From an uncultured delta proteobacterium (GTDB lineage Bacteria > Desulfobacterota > Desulfobacteria > Desulfobacterales > QNYZ01), in contig CAWJQU010000002.1 in assembly GCA_963845145.1 (NCBI GenBank), positions 160,001-224,000 of the forward strand: a stretch of DNA of 64,000 bases, in the 5' to 3' direction. The translations under genes and the position numbers were made by a program. Below, piece by piece: positions 19,356 through 31,400 of this stretch. The notes beneath the pieces are model-generated. The model was not told where the DNA came from, made no database searches, and worked only from the letters and a program-made list of their open reading frames with translations. Positions within the stretch are counted from its first letter, which is position 1; every line of letters starts with the position of its first letter.

Positions 19356-19732
19356 TTGACTTGCTAACCAATCTTGGGTATCCAGGTGAAAGGTCGCCCC
19401 CCACACGGGGGTGTCGATTCAGGGAAACAGCATTTGGATTTATTAAAGACAAACCACGTGTTGGCAAAAATGCGCCAAGATGCCAAAATCTTACAACATA
19501 CTGTAATGATTAAATAAATATCTTTACTTTTTATTATACTTGCGTTAACACCTGAAGTCGGCGCTCCATGCCCTGTTTCCTTGAATGCAGAAAGGGCCAA
19601 CGCCATTTGAACGAAAAAACACGCCGACAATATCAGGCGGATAAATCTGCCCTGGAATTTGAACGGGAACTCAAAAAACAATTGCCACAGGGACAACCGT
19701 TACGAAAAGTTAAACGATAATTGGACATCAAG

Positions 19733-19903
19733 ATGGCCTACGAAGCGAAAAAAACAGAACACTCCGGCGCAAAAAAAGGCAAAGGCGCATATTGGGGTAA
19801 AAAGGTTGATGCAAAGAAAGAATCGAACAATATGCGTCGGGTGAGCGATAAAAAGAGCGTTCAGGTTGAGGATCATGATTCCATGGAAGGAGCCAATGAA
19901 TGA
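19733..19903 (+). CDS. Small basic hypothetical protein
   Basis: MAYEAKKTEHSGAKKGKGAYWG..., stop overlaps the rhuM-like start (ATGA). Confidence 0.55.
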   Translation: MAYEAKKTEHSGAKKGKGAYWGKKVDAKKESNNMRRVSDKKSVQVEDHDSMEGANE

Positions 19904-20250
19904 CCACCGATCAAGGTGAATTAATTGTTTACCAGTCCGAGGATGGCCAGGCTGCGGTTGACGTGCGGCTTAAAGATGAAACCGTTTGGTTGACCATGAA
20001 GCCCAGATGCAGGAGCTATTTGGTAGGGAAGGTCTGTAATATACAAGGCATATTAACAATGTTGTTCAAAGAAGGCGAACTCGACAAGAAGCAAGTATTG
20101 CAAAAAATGCACAGTACAAAAGACGGGACGGTAAATGCTATCAAGTCGCCTTGATTGTTTAATCTTGATGTTGATAATTTCAGTCGGCTATCGGGTCAAA
20201 TCCCAAAGTGGCACCCAGTTCCGCATCTGGGCGACATCGGTTTAAAAAAG
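19900..20250 (+). pseudogene. rhuM: RhuM-family DNA-binding protein, frameshifted and truncated
   Basis: ELIVYQSEDG...DVRLKDETVWLT; later fragments LFKEGEL, FNLD, ISVGYRVKS, GTQFRIWATSVLK in shifting frames; ends at the relE stop. Confidence 0.8.
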
Positions 20251-20251
20251 G

Positions 20252-20536
20252 TCAAATCCTTTTGGTGGCTATTTTGTAAACGATATTTTTCTCCCTTTTT
20301 CCAACGGCTACAACCGACACAACCAGTTCTTTTTCCCTTACCTGATAGACCAATCGATATCCCGCTCGACGGAGCTTTATTTTGTAGCAATCTTTCATCC
20401 CGCTAAGTCGGGAACTTTCTATACAGGGCTGATCTATCCGCTCTTTTAGCTTTTTTGCAAAAATCGAACGAACGGTCGAATCTAGCTTGTCCCATTCTTT
20501 TTTGGCATCTAATTTAAAAACGAGTTTATAACTCAT
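20252..20536 (-). CDS. relE: RelE/StbE-family toxin
   Basis: MSYKL.F...A.KEW.KLD...CYKIKLR..GYRLVYQV...VVAVGKRE. Confidence 0.93.
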   Translation of the reverse strand: MSYKLVFKLDAKKEWDKLDSTVRSIFAKKLKERIDQPCIESSRLSGMKDCYKIKLRRAGYRLVYQVREKELVVSVVAVGKREKNIVYKIATKRI

Positions 20537-20780
20537 CGATGCTTACCTCAATTTCAGGCTGGTCTTTTCGAGCCCTCACAATTTCGGCAAGTTCAATGTC
20601 TTCCAGCTTATCCATCAGTATCTCGAAAGCCTCAACTGGTACGGTATAAAATACAGGCTTGTTGCGATTTAAAATAACAACTGGCGCACCATCACCTTGC
20701 CGCACAACTGCCATTGGGTTTTTCTTGAGCTCGGAAATCCCGGCACTAACATCGGCTAAAATAGTATGGGTATCTGTCAT
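20526..20780 (-). CDS. StbD/Phd-family antitoxin
   Basis: ISELKKNPM, PVVILNRNKPVFY, LEDIEL. Confidence 0.9.
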   Translation of the reverse strand: MTDTHTILADVSAGISELKKNPMAVVRQGDGAPVVILNRNKPVFYTVPVEAFEILMDKLEDIELAEIVRARKDQPEIEVSIDEL

Positions 20781-21012
20781 TGTCGAGCCTCACTTTCATT
20801 TAAATAGACCGGTTAATTGACCTTTTATATAACTATTTATAATACTTTTTAAAGCACGAGTCAAGACAAAATGACCTTTTAACAGGTCATTTAATAATGC
20901 ATCCTAAAAGTGGTCGATCCCGATATAACAAGGTAGCCAGCAGTATCGCCCGATCTCTTAAGCCCATCAAAGGATCACAACGCAGCGCATTCAGCTAATT
21001 GAAGGGTTGTTG

Positions 21013-21276
21013 CTAGGTAAGAACCACCGAAGCAACTTGGTTCGTTTCCACCTGGGGGCGCTTCACATCGCGAACCGGAATTTCCCGGACAACCTGTGTT
21101 TTGCAAAGGTACTTGAACAGGCTCAACAGCACCGACAGTTGCGTATGGATCGTGCGATGGCCCTTGTCTTCCCCTTTCATGGATTCGAGCCAGGTAATAG
21201 CGTGGGTAGGTCAAATCTTTTTCCAATCGTCTTCGCCAGTGGTTTCCATCTTGGAAACAAACTCGCCGGTGGCCAT
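21013..21276 (-). pseudogene. Relic of a tyrosine recombinase N-terminal (core-binding) domain
   Basis: Frame absent from the ORF track: MATGEFVSKM...KKI*PTHAITWLESMK...RTIHTQLSVLLSLFKYLCKTQVVREIPVRDVKRPQV...VLT*; matches the TI...LS.L.SLF.YL.....NP...VKRP pattern; internal stop. Confidence 0.7.
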
Positions 21277-21390
21277 CTAACATCCGACAAACCGGTTAAC
21301 CGGTGAACGGGCCAACCGCCCCCCACTTGACACCCTCCCCTTTCCCCCTTAAACATTCATAATCAATCCTATTTCCAAGGGAGACTCACC

Positions 21391-22752
21391 ATGAAAAAAA
21401 TTCGCCACCCCGAAGATGTGGTCAACGCTAAATTAATCAAACCCGGTAGCCGTATCTATGCATCGGGCAATGCCGGTACACCGCAAAAGTTACTAAATAC
21501 ATTAGCGACAAATGAAAATATTGAGGATGTAACGTTGCTCGGCGTGTTGCTGCTGGGCGATATTGATGCCCTTTTTTCCGAAGCGGCTTGTCGCCGCATC
21601 ACCCATCGGGTCATTTTTAACGGTCCGGCCTCCAGGGAAGCCGTAAACCATGGGCGTGCCAAATACCAGCTGCTGCACCTGTCGGACATCCCCCGTCAGT
21701 TAACGGGCTATCTAAAACCCGATGTGGCCATGATCACCGTGGCGGGCCCGGATAACGGCGGCAACTACAGTCTGGGCACCACCGTGGAGGCGGTTCCCGC
21801 GGCATTGGAATCGGTTCGGCAAAACGGCGGCGTGGTGATTGCCGAACGAAACGCCCGTATGCCGTTTGTACTGGGAGACACCATTCCGGCCGACATGATC
21901 GATTACCTGCTCGATACCGACTATTCTTTGCCGGTCAGCCCGGTCAAGCCGCCGGATGAGGCTGCCCGACGGATCGGCCGCATCATTTCGAATAACTATA
22001 TTCAAAACGGTACGACCCTTCAATACGGCATCGGTCAGGTTCCGGAAGCGGTGACCGACGCCATTTTGGATAAAGGCGTCCGGGACTTAGGCATTCACAC
22101 CGAGCTGTTTGCCGATGCCATGCAGCGATTGGTGGAAGCCGGTGTGGTGACCAACCGTTACACCTTCATCCATGTCAACTGCGCCATGTCTTCGATTTTT
22201 TTATCCAGCGACCCGGAAGGGTATGACTGGCTCGACTACAATTCGTCTGTCCAGAGCCGGCCATGCGACTACACAAACAGTGTCTTGAATATTGCCCGGG
22301 AGCCCAACATGGTGGCCATCAACGGCGCCATCGGGGTGGATCTGCACGGCAATATCTGGGCCGACTCGTTGCAGGCCCGACGAATTTTCAGCGGCGTGGG
22401 CGGCCAATCGGACTTTTTACGTGGTGCAGCACTCTCTTCCGGCGGGGTGCCCATCATCGCTTTAAAATCAACGACGAACAAGGGTATAAGTAAAATCGTC
22501 GAGAAATGTCCCGAAGGGATTACGACCACCGCTATTGCCGCCGACCAGGTGGTGATCGTTACCGAGCAGGGGGCTTTCGACCCGCGGGGATTGAGTTTTT
22601 CCGAACGGGCCGTGGCCACAGCCCACCTGGCGGAGCCGGAAATCCGCGAGCAATTGGTCAAACGCATTTACGACAGCCCCGAATATCACCACCCGGCCCA
22701 GGCCCTTAAAGATGGTGTGCCGAAAGGGATCATACCTTATCAAGAAAGATAG
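21391..22752 (+). CDS. Acetyl-CoA hydrolase/CoA-transferase family protein (4-hydroxybutyrate CoA-transferase-like)
   Basis: TLQYGIG.VP, LGIHTELF, SGVGGQSDFLRGA, VTEQG. Confidence 0.9.
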   Translation: MKKIRHPEDVVNAKLIKPGSRIYASGNAGTPQKLLNTLATNENIEDVTLLGVLLLGDIDALFSEAACRRITHRVIFNGPASREAVNHGRAKYQLLHLSDIPRQLTGYLKPDVAMITVAGPDNGGNYSLGTTVEAVPAALESVRQNGGVVIAERNARMPFVLGDTIPADMIDYLLDTDYSLPVSPVKPPDEAARRIGRIISNNYIQNGTTLQYGIGQVPEAVTDAILDKGVRDLGIHTELFADAMQRLVEAGVVTNRYTFIHVNCAMSSIFLSSDPEGYDWLDYNSSVQSRPCDYTNSVLNIAREPNMVAINGAIGVDLHGNIWADSLQARRIFSGVGGQSDFLRGAALSSGGVPIIALKSTTNKGISKIVEKCPEGITTTAIAADQVVIVTEQGAFDPRGLSFSERAVATAHLAEPEIREQLVKRIYDSPEYHHPAQALKDGVPKGIIPYQER

Positions 22753-22788
22753 AAAGCATAATCAATATTCCGGTAAAAGGAGGACGAT

Positions 22789-24243
22789 ATGAATATTTTC
22801 AATCAAAAAATCAGGATTTCGGTATTCAATTTTCTACCCTTTTTCCTTATTGCATTATTAATCGTAAGTGTCGCTTCCGCGCAGCCCAAAAAGCGGGAAT
22901 ATTGGCCCACCCACGGATGGAAAGTTTCTACCCCTGAGAAACAGGGTATGGATTCCACCAAACTATTTATAGCAGACGAATTTATCCAAAATAGACTTCC
23001 TGATGCGTTTAGTTTGCTGGTTGTCAAAAACGGCTACTTAGTTTTTGAGAAATACTACTCGTGGGGAAGTCCTGAGAAATTTGCTGTCGTTCATTCCGTT
23101 ACCAAAAGTGTAATGTCAGCCCTGATTGGTATAGCACTGGACAAGGGTTATCTTAAAAGTGTGGATCAAAAACTAACCGAATTTTTTCCTGAATATTACT
23201 CAGACGAATTGGATCCAAGAAAAAAGACAATCAGCCTTAAACATCTATTGACAATGAGTGCGGGATTTAGGTGGAACGATTGGGGTCCTGTAATGGGGAA
23301 CTGGTACACTTCCTCGAACTGGGCAAAATTCACATTTCAACTCCCGCAAGAAAATAACCCCGGTGACGTATTTAATTACAATTCATCAACCTCACACCTT
23401 TTGTCCATAATTCTGTCAAAATCAACTAAAACCAGCACGTTGGATTTTGCAAAACAAAACCTTTTTGAACCGATAGGAATACAGTCAGCCTATTGGCATC
23501 AAGACCCGAAAGGAAACCATATTGGCGGTTTCGGTTTGGGCCTCACGGCACGAGATTTAGCAAAAATCGGTTTCCTGTACCTAAATAATGGATATTGGAA
23601 CGGTCAATCTATTGTTTCTGAATATTGGGTAAAAGAATCTACCCGGCAACGGATGTTTGCCCATGAAATGTATGGACCCACTTACTATGGCTATCAGTGG
23701 TGGATAAAAAAAGTTGATGGCCTTTTCAGCTATAGGGCATGGGGGAGAAGAGGACAATTTATTGTGGTCGTGCCAAAATTGGATCTTGTGATCGTTGTAA
23801 CATCAGAAACATCTCAGCCTCACCCACCAACCTCAGTGCATTATAGCCCTTTATTTGAGATAGTTGCGAGCTCTGTTAATAGAGATCGCCCTTCGAAAAA
23901 ACGTATAACGCCGATAAAATTACCCGATGATTTAGCCGCATTCATAGCTGACTTTAATCGGGTATATTCAGATAAAAACATACCAAAATTATCTGAATTT
24001 ATATCAAATAGTTTTCTTAACAATGGCCTCACTAAAAGCCAAATCATAGAACTCTTTGCAGTGAGTGCTTCATATCTTTCAGAATCCAAACTGATTATTA
24101 CCGGATTTGAACTTAATGGAAACGTGGCTAAACTCGAAGGGGTTAGAAAAGATAAATACTTTGAGATTAATTTGCCGACAGACTTTCAGATTATTAAAGA
24201 AAATGGCCAATGGAAATGGTATGGAAACCAAGTCCCGGAATAA
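22789..24243 (+). CDS. Secreted serine hydrolase (class C beta-lactamase-like fold) with extra C-terminal domain
   Basis: Signal peptide; SVTK (SxxK), LLTMSAG, FNYNS, YGYQWW; visibly AT-rich compared with neighbours. Confidence 0.88.
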   Translation: MNIFNQKIRISVFNFLPFFLIALLIVSVASAQPKKREYWPTHGWKVSTPEKQGMDSTKLFIADEFIQNRLPDAFSLLVVKNGYLVFEKYYSWGSPEKFAVVHSVTKSVMSALIGIALDKGYLKSVDQKLTEFFPEYYSDELDPRKKTISLKHLLTMSAGFRWNDWGPVMGNWYTSSNWAKFTFQLPQENNPGDVFNYNSSTSHLLSIILSKSTKTSTLDFAKQNLFEPIGIQSAYWHQDPKGNHIGGFGLGLTARDLAKIGFLYLNNGYWNGQSIVSEYWVKESTRQRMFAHEMYGPTYYGYQWWIKKVDGLFSYRAWGRRGQFIVVVPKLDLVIVVTSETSQPHPPTSVHYSPLFEIVASSVNRDRPSKKRITPIKLPDDLAAFIADFNRVYSDKNIPKLSEFISNSFLNNGLTKSQIIELFAVSASYLSESKLIITGFELNGNVAKLEGVRKDKYFEINLPTDFQIIKENGQWKWYGNQVPE

Positions 24244-24643
24244 CCGGAATAAATAGTTCCGCTTGGGAGACACGCCGTACCCGTTTGAAATTTTCGGGGA
24301 TTCAAGGAAAATAAACACATAATTTGTCTAACCTGAGTTAGAAACCAGATTTCACATGCAGCATCAATCAGACGATCAAGCGCCTTGCACGATTCGCTGG
24401 ATAATCGATACGCCGTTTTCCCCGACAAACAGCGTTGGGAGCCAAGAAAATCTAACATCAACTTGAAATTGAAAAATTACCGTTTACTTTAGTTATATAA
24501 ATTTATTTTTTAAGAATTATGCGGCTGAAAAACCCGTTCGGAACATACTTTAAAGAAAGTCACACATGATTTCACGGCATCGCTAATTTTAGCCTACCGA
24601 CATCGCATTTCGGTATAACCTCACAACAATGAAAGGAGTACGC

Positions 24644-25144
24644 ATGGCCTCAATCGCATTGCAGGGAAACCCAATCAATACATCTGGAGATCTGCCCCAA
24701 GTGGGTTCCAAGGCACCGGATTTTACGTTAGTCAAAACAGATCTGTCCCCGGAGAATCTGGCCGCCCTGGCGGGAAAAAACGTGGTGCTCAACATCTTCC
24801 CCAGCGTCGACACGCCGGTGTGCGCCACATCGGTGCGGCGGTTTAACGCTGACGCCTCCAAAAAGGACAACACGGTGGTCCTTAACATCAGCGCCGACCT
24901 TCCCTTTGCCCATGCCCGCTTCTGCGGAGCCGAGGGGCTCGAAGACGTTGTGTCCCTTTCCTCATTCCGCAATACGGCGTTCGGGACCGATTACGGCGTT
25001 GATATCATTGACGGCCCGCTGCAGGGCCTGTTGTCCAGAGCAGTCGTTGTGATCGACGCTGAAGGGGTCATTAAATATACCGAGCAGGTTCCGGAAATCA
25101 CCCAAGAGCCGAACTATGATGCCGCCCTGGCTGCTTTGGGATAG
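24644..25144 (+). CDS. tpx: Thiol peroxidase
   Basis: [28 protein letters not shown]. Confidence 0.96.
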   Translation: MASIALQGNPINTSGDLPQVGSKAPDFTLVKTDLSPENLAALAGKNVVLNIFPSVDTPVCATSVRRFNADASKKDNTVVLNISADLPFAHARFCGAEGLEDVVSLSSFRNTAFGTDYGVDIIDGPLQGLLSRAVVVIDAEGVIKYTEQVPEITQEPNYDAALAALG

Positions 25145-25407
25145 TGGCGCAGCACCGATGGTTTCCATATGGCGGTGACGGGTCGTGCCTTTGGGATTTT
25201 TAGGGCGATGACATTTAGCCGTTTATTCCCAGGTGGGAGAGCGTCTTCTTGCGCCCCACCCGGCTTTTGATTCAATCCTAAAGTTGCATAAAAGAGATGG
25301 TTAAAGAGTTAATGACCGTTTTGAGCCTTGAATAAACTGCGTGTTAGCGGATCCATTCGAGCAATCAACCAGAGCTGAAATACCAGAGTTCAAATAGAGG
25401 ATCGGAT

Positions 25408-28400
25408 CTATTTGATAGCGATTCGCAATTTATGGCCTGCCTTCTTCATTAGCGGTTGCTGTTCATCAATCACCGGCACGGCAACCGCTAACCCAAATAC
25501 CCGGTCCATCCGAAATGATCCGTCATCAGCTGTGTAGGCAGTGTGGCCAGTCCCTTTGATCCGGACCTTTACGGCCGCCACGCCGGGATCCTCACTATCC
25601 TGGACCCCATTCCCGTTCCGATCATCAAAGACCGCCCCCTCAATCCGTTTAAAACGGCTCAGACCAAATTCCAAGAGGTAGGTCTTGCCAGCCCCTATCA
25701 CCACGGTTTGGACGGTCTCGGCGGTGGGGTGAAGATCAACAGGTAAGGATCCCAAGTCCAACCGCACCTGGTAGACGCCGGGCAGCACTTTATCAAATTC
25801 AAAGGTCCCGGTATTGTCCGTATCCACGGCCCGGTTTTCGTCCAGAATCACCCGAATACCGGCCAGCCCGTTGTCCCGGGGGGCACGGCGGCCGTTGGTA
25901 TCGCTATCTAAAAAGATACGCCCCTTGATCCGGTTAACCGCCCCGAGAGCTATTTGTTCGTCATCAGAAACACCGCACAAGGCTGTGTCGCCACCATCCA
26001 CCGGATGAAAGCAGTACCCGCCTGATTCAGACCGACCGCGGTGGGTTCGATCACGCATGGTATCGTCAACCCGCCCCTGAAAGGTGATGACCACCGATTC
26101 GCCCATTGCCAAATCACCCACGGTCCAGGTTTGCGAGCGACCGTTGAGATGGGTTTCGATGGGGCGCCCGTTCGATCGGGCGCTGTCGGGAATATAAGTG
26201 ACCCCCGGTGGCAAGATGTTGCGCACCTTAAAGTCTTCCAGATCACCGCAACCGCGATCATCGCCGGTTTGGTTTTTGGCCGTTACCGTGAAGGTCAAAA
26301 TATCCCCGGGAAATATCTGCTCCCGGTCGGTGAGAAAGAGTTCAACCGGACGAATGTGATCCAGGTCCTGCCGCGAGGCCATATCGCCGGCGGCGCTCCT
26401 TCGGATCCCTTCCACCAGGTTCGAAGCAAAGGATGATAACCGTTCAGCCAACACGACTTTACGGTCGATATCGGCCAACGGCATCACACGCGACAACATT
26501 CCGATGGTCAAACCGACATCCTCGGCCGAATAGCGGTACCGGGTGGTGCGCACCTGGTCTTGATGCTCGTGCTGCTCGGCAGGTAAATAGATCTGGAACC
26601 GTTTAGACCAGCGCTGTTGATCAAAGGCGTTAAACCGCTTAATCGCCGCCTGAGTCAGCTCGGGTCGGTTCAGTGTTTCTCCTGCCTGAATAAGCCCCAT
26701 GATTACAGCCGCCTTGTCGGCCAGACTATCACGGGCTGCCGGACCTTCCAGAACTTCACTCGGTTGATTGGCACCTTTACCGGCTACCAGGTAATCTGCC
26801 AGGGCTACCAATAGGCCTTGTATTTCAGGCTTACGCGGATATTCGTCAGGGACCGATTTTATCATCTTGCCCACAACATCAGCCGCCAGCCCTGCGTCGG
26901 CCAGGCTCAGGCCCGTGATCTTTTCAGATGCATCCAGGTAGCGTGACCGGATCGTATCCAATACCCTAACCGACAGATTCATGGCCTTATCACGCAGAGT
27001 CGCGTAATCGGGGACCCGCTGTGCCGTGGAGTCGTCAAGGGACACCAGAGCATCCAGGGCACCCAATAGCGAAAACCGCGCAAAGACCGATCCAGCCGGC
27101 TCCGGAAAGGTCAGATCGAGTACTTTGCCGGCACTGTCGCGCACCAGGGTAAAGGTGGCCGGTAGCTCTGACAACCCCGCTTCACCTGCAACCTTCAGGG
27201 CTTCTTCGATAAAACCAAGCTTGGCGGCCACGGCCAGACCGGTTACCTGGGAGATAAAACCGTCCAGGGATGCATCGCCCGGCCTTTGGCCTCCGGCCAC
27301 TTTTTGTAGATACGCTAACTGCAACATCAGGGTTTGAGATAGACCTCCCATGCTCACCTTTCTATCTGCACCGCGCACATCCCAGCCCTGGGACAACCCC
27401 TGGGGATAGTCCGGCCAACCACCGGCAAATTCCACAAAGATCGGTGTCAGCGTCTGAGGTACCTGGGTCAGACCGTTGTCTTTGGCCGCTCTTTGGAGCC
27501 AAGCGCTAAGGGCCTGTTCGGGGGTGACGCCTGCGGCTTTTGCCATCTGCGCCACCGGCGCCGAAAACTGAAGCGGAACCCCGTTACCCGACTGCATCGT
27601 CAACCGCACCAGGCTGCCCCGGGCCGTCTCGGCCAGCGCCGCGGCCATATGCGTGGCCATGGATGGATCCGCAAAAAAGGCATCGTCGGTCATACGGCCT
27701 TGTTCAAACAGCTCCGGCACCGCCGACAACAACGCGCTTGCTGCGAGCATCCCGCCAGCCGTTTCGAACTTTGCAGGCGGTCCCAGCTTCGGCAGCCGGA
27801 TCGGTTCGAAAAACAGTGGTTGACGCGGGCCGAATCGTTCCACCCGGGTATCTATGCTGTCTTTTAAGGCCTGCAGCTTCTCTGCTTCCAATGGGATAAA
27901 GCTCAATTCAATCTGGGACACCAGCACCTGGGCCGGTTGACGACCCAGGCCGGTTTCGATGATATCATCCCGATAGCGACGACTGGGGACCGGTATCGGC
28001 CGACGAAGATCGGTGATCTCGCCCCGGCCGGTGATCAGACCGCTTGATCCTTCAAACGGTAACCCACGGCTGCCCCGCTGCTGAAGTTCGCTTTTCGCCA
28101 CTACTGTCTCGAAGAAGAGGCGTAAATGATCGAGCATTCCCACCCGCTTATCGGCCTCCGCCTGCATCACCAGGTAAGCAATACCGCCCACTGTGGCGCC
28201 CACGCTCTGGGGCGTATAGATCCCGGTCATGGGCCAGTCGGATCGGTCGCGGTATAGTTGGTGCTCTTTGTCCCACAACTTTTCTTCCATAAAGGCGTAT
28301 ATTCGGTTCGCAGGGGAAAGACCCGTGGGGTGAACCAACAGTGCTCGCAGAACCGCCGCCTGATCCGCCAGGGTTTTGGCGCCCTTCAAGGCACGACCCT

Positions 28401-31400
28401 TGTTAAGATCGTATCCCGGTAATACCCCGCCATCGGGGGCCATCAGCTTTTGAGCAATAAACGTGGTGTGGTTGCCCAGCCGTTTCTTGGCCTGATCAGC
28501 CAGGGGCAGATCCGGGTGGTCGTCCGCTATCGATGCCAGCGCCAGAGAGATCAGCATGGCATCGTAGGGAACCACCCTGCCCTCATCCGCGTAAGTACCT
28601 GCCCTGGCATCGACCATACGCTCAAGGGTATTCCAGACGGTCTTTATCAGCCCTTCCAGCTCTTTGGGCAGATACAGCCCGGTCCGGGCAAAGCCGGCAC
28701 GCATGCGGGACAGACCCCAGAGCAGGGCCGCCTGGTCCGATAGACGGATCTCGTCTGTTTTAACCGAAAAATTTACCCCTTCGGAAGACGACTTCATCTG
28801 GTAGGCATGGGCCACGTACAGGTCCCCCGTTTTGGAAGTCTGCACGAGCCGATCCTGGATCAATTTGACTTTCTGAACCATCTGCCAGGCCATCACCCTT
28901 CCCGTAAATCGTTCCATTGGGTCGCTACTGGTGATGTATTTGGGTAGAAGTTGAGCCTGGGCCGCCAGGGTGGTCCCCCATACCAAAGGCACCAGGGAGC
29001 TGTCCATTTGGGTTCGATCCCAGGAGAGGTCTCCTTTACCCGGTTCACCGTGGTAGATGGGAACCCCGCCTGCATACTCCAGCACCAGAGGGCGCATGGC
29101 CGGAATCTGTTTAACACCGGCTTCCGCCGCCAGGGCCTGCAGGGTCGCTTTCACTTCTTCTTCGACGGATATGCCTTTACCGAGTGCCGCGGAACGAACA
29201 TCCGGGGCCAGGGTCATGTCGAGTCCCATCCCCGACTGCATAGTGATATTACCCACATTAAAGGCTCCGAACAGACCCGCTTTGTCGGCCGTCCTTAAAT
29301 ATCCTCTCGATACCAGGCTTTCCCGATCCGGATCGATGCCCTCTTTCCGCAGCCAGGCCGACAGCTTCTCATCCATCCCGGCAAACTCCGCCGCCGCCAG
29401 CATGGCATTAAATGTGTCCACCCATAGCGGCCCGTCCACCGGGATAATGTCCGGGGTCCTGGAAGAGACGACATGCTCTATGTCCATATTCAAGCAGCAC
29501 GCCCCCGCCGGTCTGGCACCAGTAGCACCACTGCAATCTTTGACGTCGACAGTGATTTCACCCTGGGCAGCACACCCGCCGGCATCCACCACCGCCACCG
29601 AAATCGGAACCGGACCGGTAGCACCGGAAGGCGGGGTCCAGCTCGTTTGAACCACCCCCGGGCTGGAACCACTGATCGGATCAAAGGTTCCGTTGCCCAT
29701 CCAGTTGAAGGAAACAGGGGTCCGACCACCGGCGATTCGGGCAAGCAGCGTCGCACCCGAATCATGGCAGACCTCTCCGGGGTCCTCGATTACAACCGTG
29801 GGGCAACCCACCGTAAATGAGGCGGTCATATCATTGTTCGTTCCATCACATTCACATAACGCATTTTCGGGGTCTACCTCTGCAGAAATATTGTAAGCGC
29901 CGCATTCAAGTTCCCCTAGCTCAACGGTTACCTTAGCTGTTCCCCCAGGCGGGATGGAATCAAGGCTGACGGTACCCGAAGTGTCACCTGAGATCCGGAT
30001 TGTTGTTCCGGCGGGAGAAGCACTACAGCCGTTGTTTTTAACAGTGATGAGGGCCGACGCATCTGAACAGACAGCGTTCGGTTCAATATTGGTAATTGTC
30101 AGATCCGGTACTTCCACGGGAATATCCGCACTGCACAGGCTATTGTCCGTACCATCCCACTCACAAATCTGATTGTCATAGTCGGCCTCCGCCTGGATCG
30201 AATATACGCAATTGCTGCTGCCGCACAAGTCGCCGTCAAAACCATAGGTCTGGACCCGGAACGTTTGGGTGCCGCCGCTCGAAGCCAGGTCGACCCCGGT
30301 TAAGGTCTGAGACCAGCGAGTCAAAGCGGTCCCCCCGCATTCCGCGCCGACTGCAATGGTGAAACGCATGCGCACGTTGTCCGTCAGATTGGTCCCGCAG
30401 CCGTTGTTGACCAAAGTCACCGTACCGTCGATCTGGTAATATCCATCCCCCATGCACGCCAGGTGCATGTCCTGATCTTGCACTTCAATATCGGGGACGG
30501 ACAGCGTATCGGTGCTGCCAGCACTGTTATTGGTGTCATCAGTTTCACAGATGGCACCATCGGGATCGATCTCAGCACTGAAATTACAGTTGCAATCTGT
30601 AAAGCCTGAGGTAAAGGGGAAGAAAACCTCGGCCGTGGCACCTTGAGCCAAATCGATGGTCTGATCCACAAAAGTCAGGCCGCAGTCGGAGGTCAGGCGC
30701 ACCACGCTCCCCACCGCGTCGCCGCAGCCCGTGTTGGCCACGCTGACGTTGGTACCGGAGACGGACCCGTCTGTCTGGCAAGTCACGGTAGTGGCCACGG
30801 ATGTGACCGTCAGGTCCGGGACGGCAACGGTTTTATCAGCGCAACGCGAATTGTCCGTGCCGTCCGATTCGCAGATGGTATTCGGCTCATCGGCCTCCAC
30901 CCGCACGGACATGGCATTGCTGGTGGAAACCTCACAGAGGTCGGTGGAAATATCACGGTTGACCAGGCTGAAGGTCTGGAGACCTCCACCGGCCGGAATG
31001 TTGAGGCCGGTGACGGTTTCGGTCCACTGATCCACCTGGGCGCCGCTGCAGCCCGCATCCCCGAAAAGGGTCAGACGCAGGGGCACATCGTCGTTGAGGT
31101 TGCTCCCGCAACCGTCATTGACCAGGGTCACGGTGCCCGACACGCGCGCCTGACCGTCGTCCAGGCAGGTCACCGTCAAGGTGTCGGTGGATACGCCCAG
31201 GTCGGGAATGCTCACGGCTTTGTTGTCTGCCACGTAAGCGTTGTTGGCGGCATTGGACTCGCAGATGGTGTCGCTGTAATCGTACTCCACGCCGATCGAG
31301 AACTGGCAGCCTGTGGAATTGGATACGAGGTCTGTGACCACCGTGCGGGGTATGAGGAAAAAGGTCTGGGTGCCCCCGCCAGCAGCGATGTTGACCGCGC

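Noticed and set aside
18266..19844. Short ORFs 18266..18517, 19065..19331, 19268..19513, 19364..19696, 19659..19844
   Set aside because: No recognisable motifs or RBS; they overlap promoters, repeats or real genes
20975..21306. ORF-track proteins of 102 aa (-) and 99 aa (+)
   Set aside because: The meaningful reading is a third, stop-interrupted frame resembling a tyrosine recombinase
24320..24460. Further attC candidates (GTCTAAC/ATCTAAC here, also near 17605, 20976, 21275)
   Set aside because: Core-like heptamers present but I could not build convincing paired L boxes and R' ends
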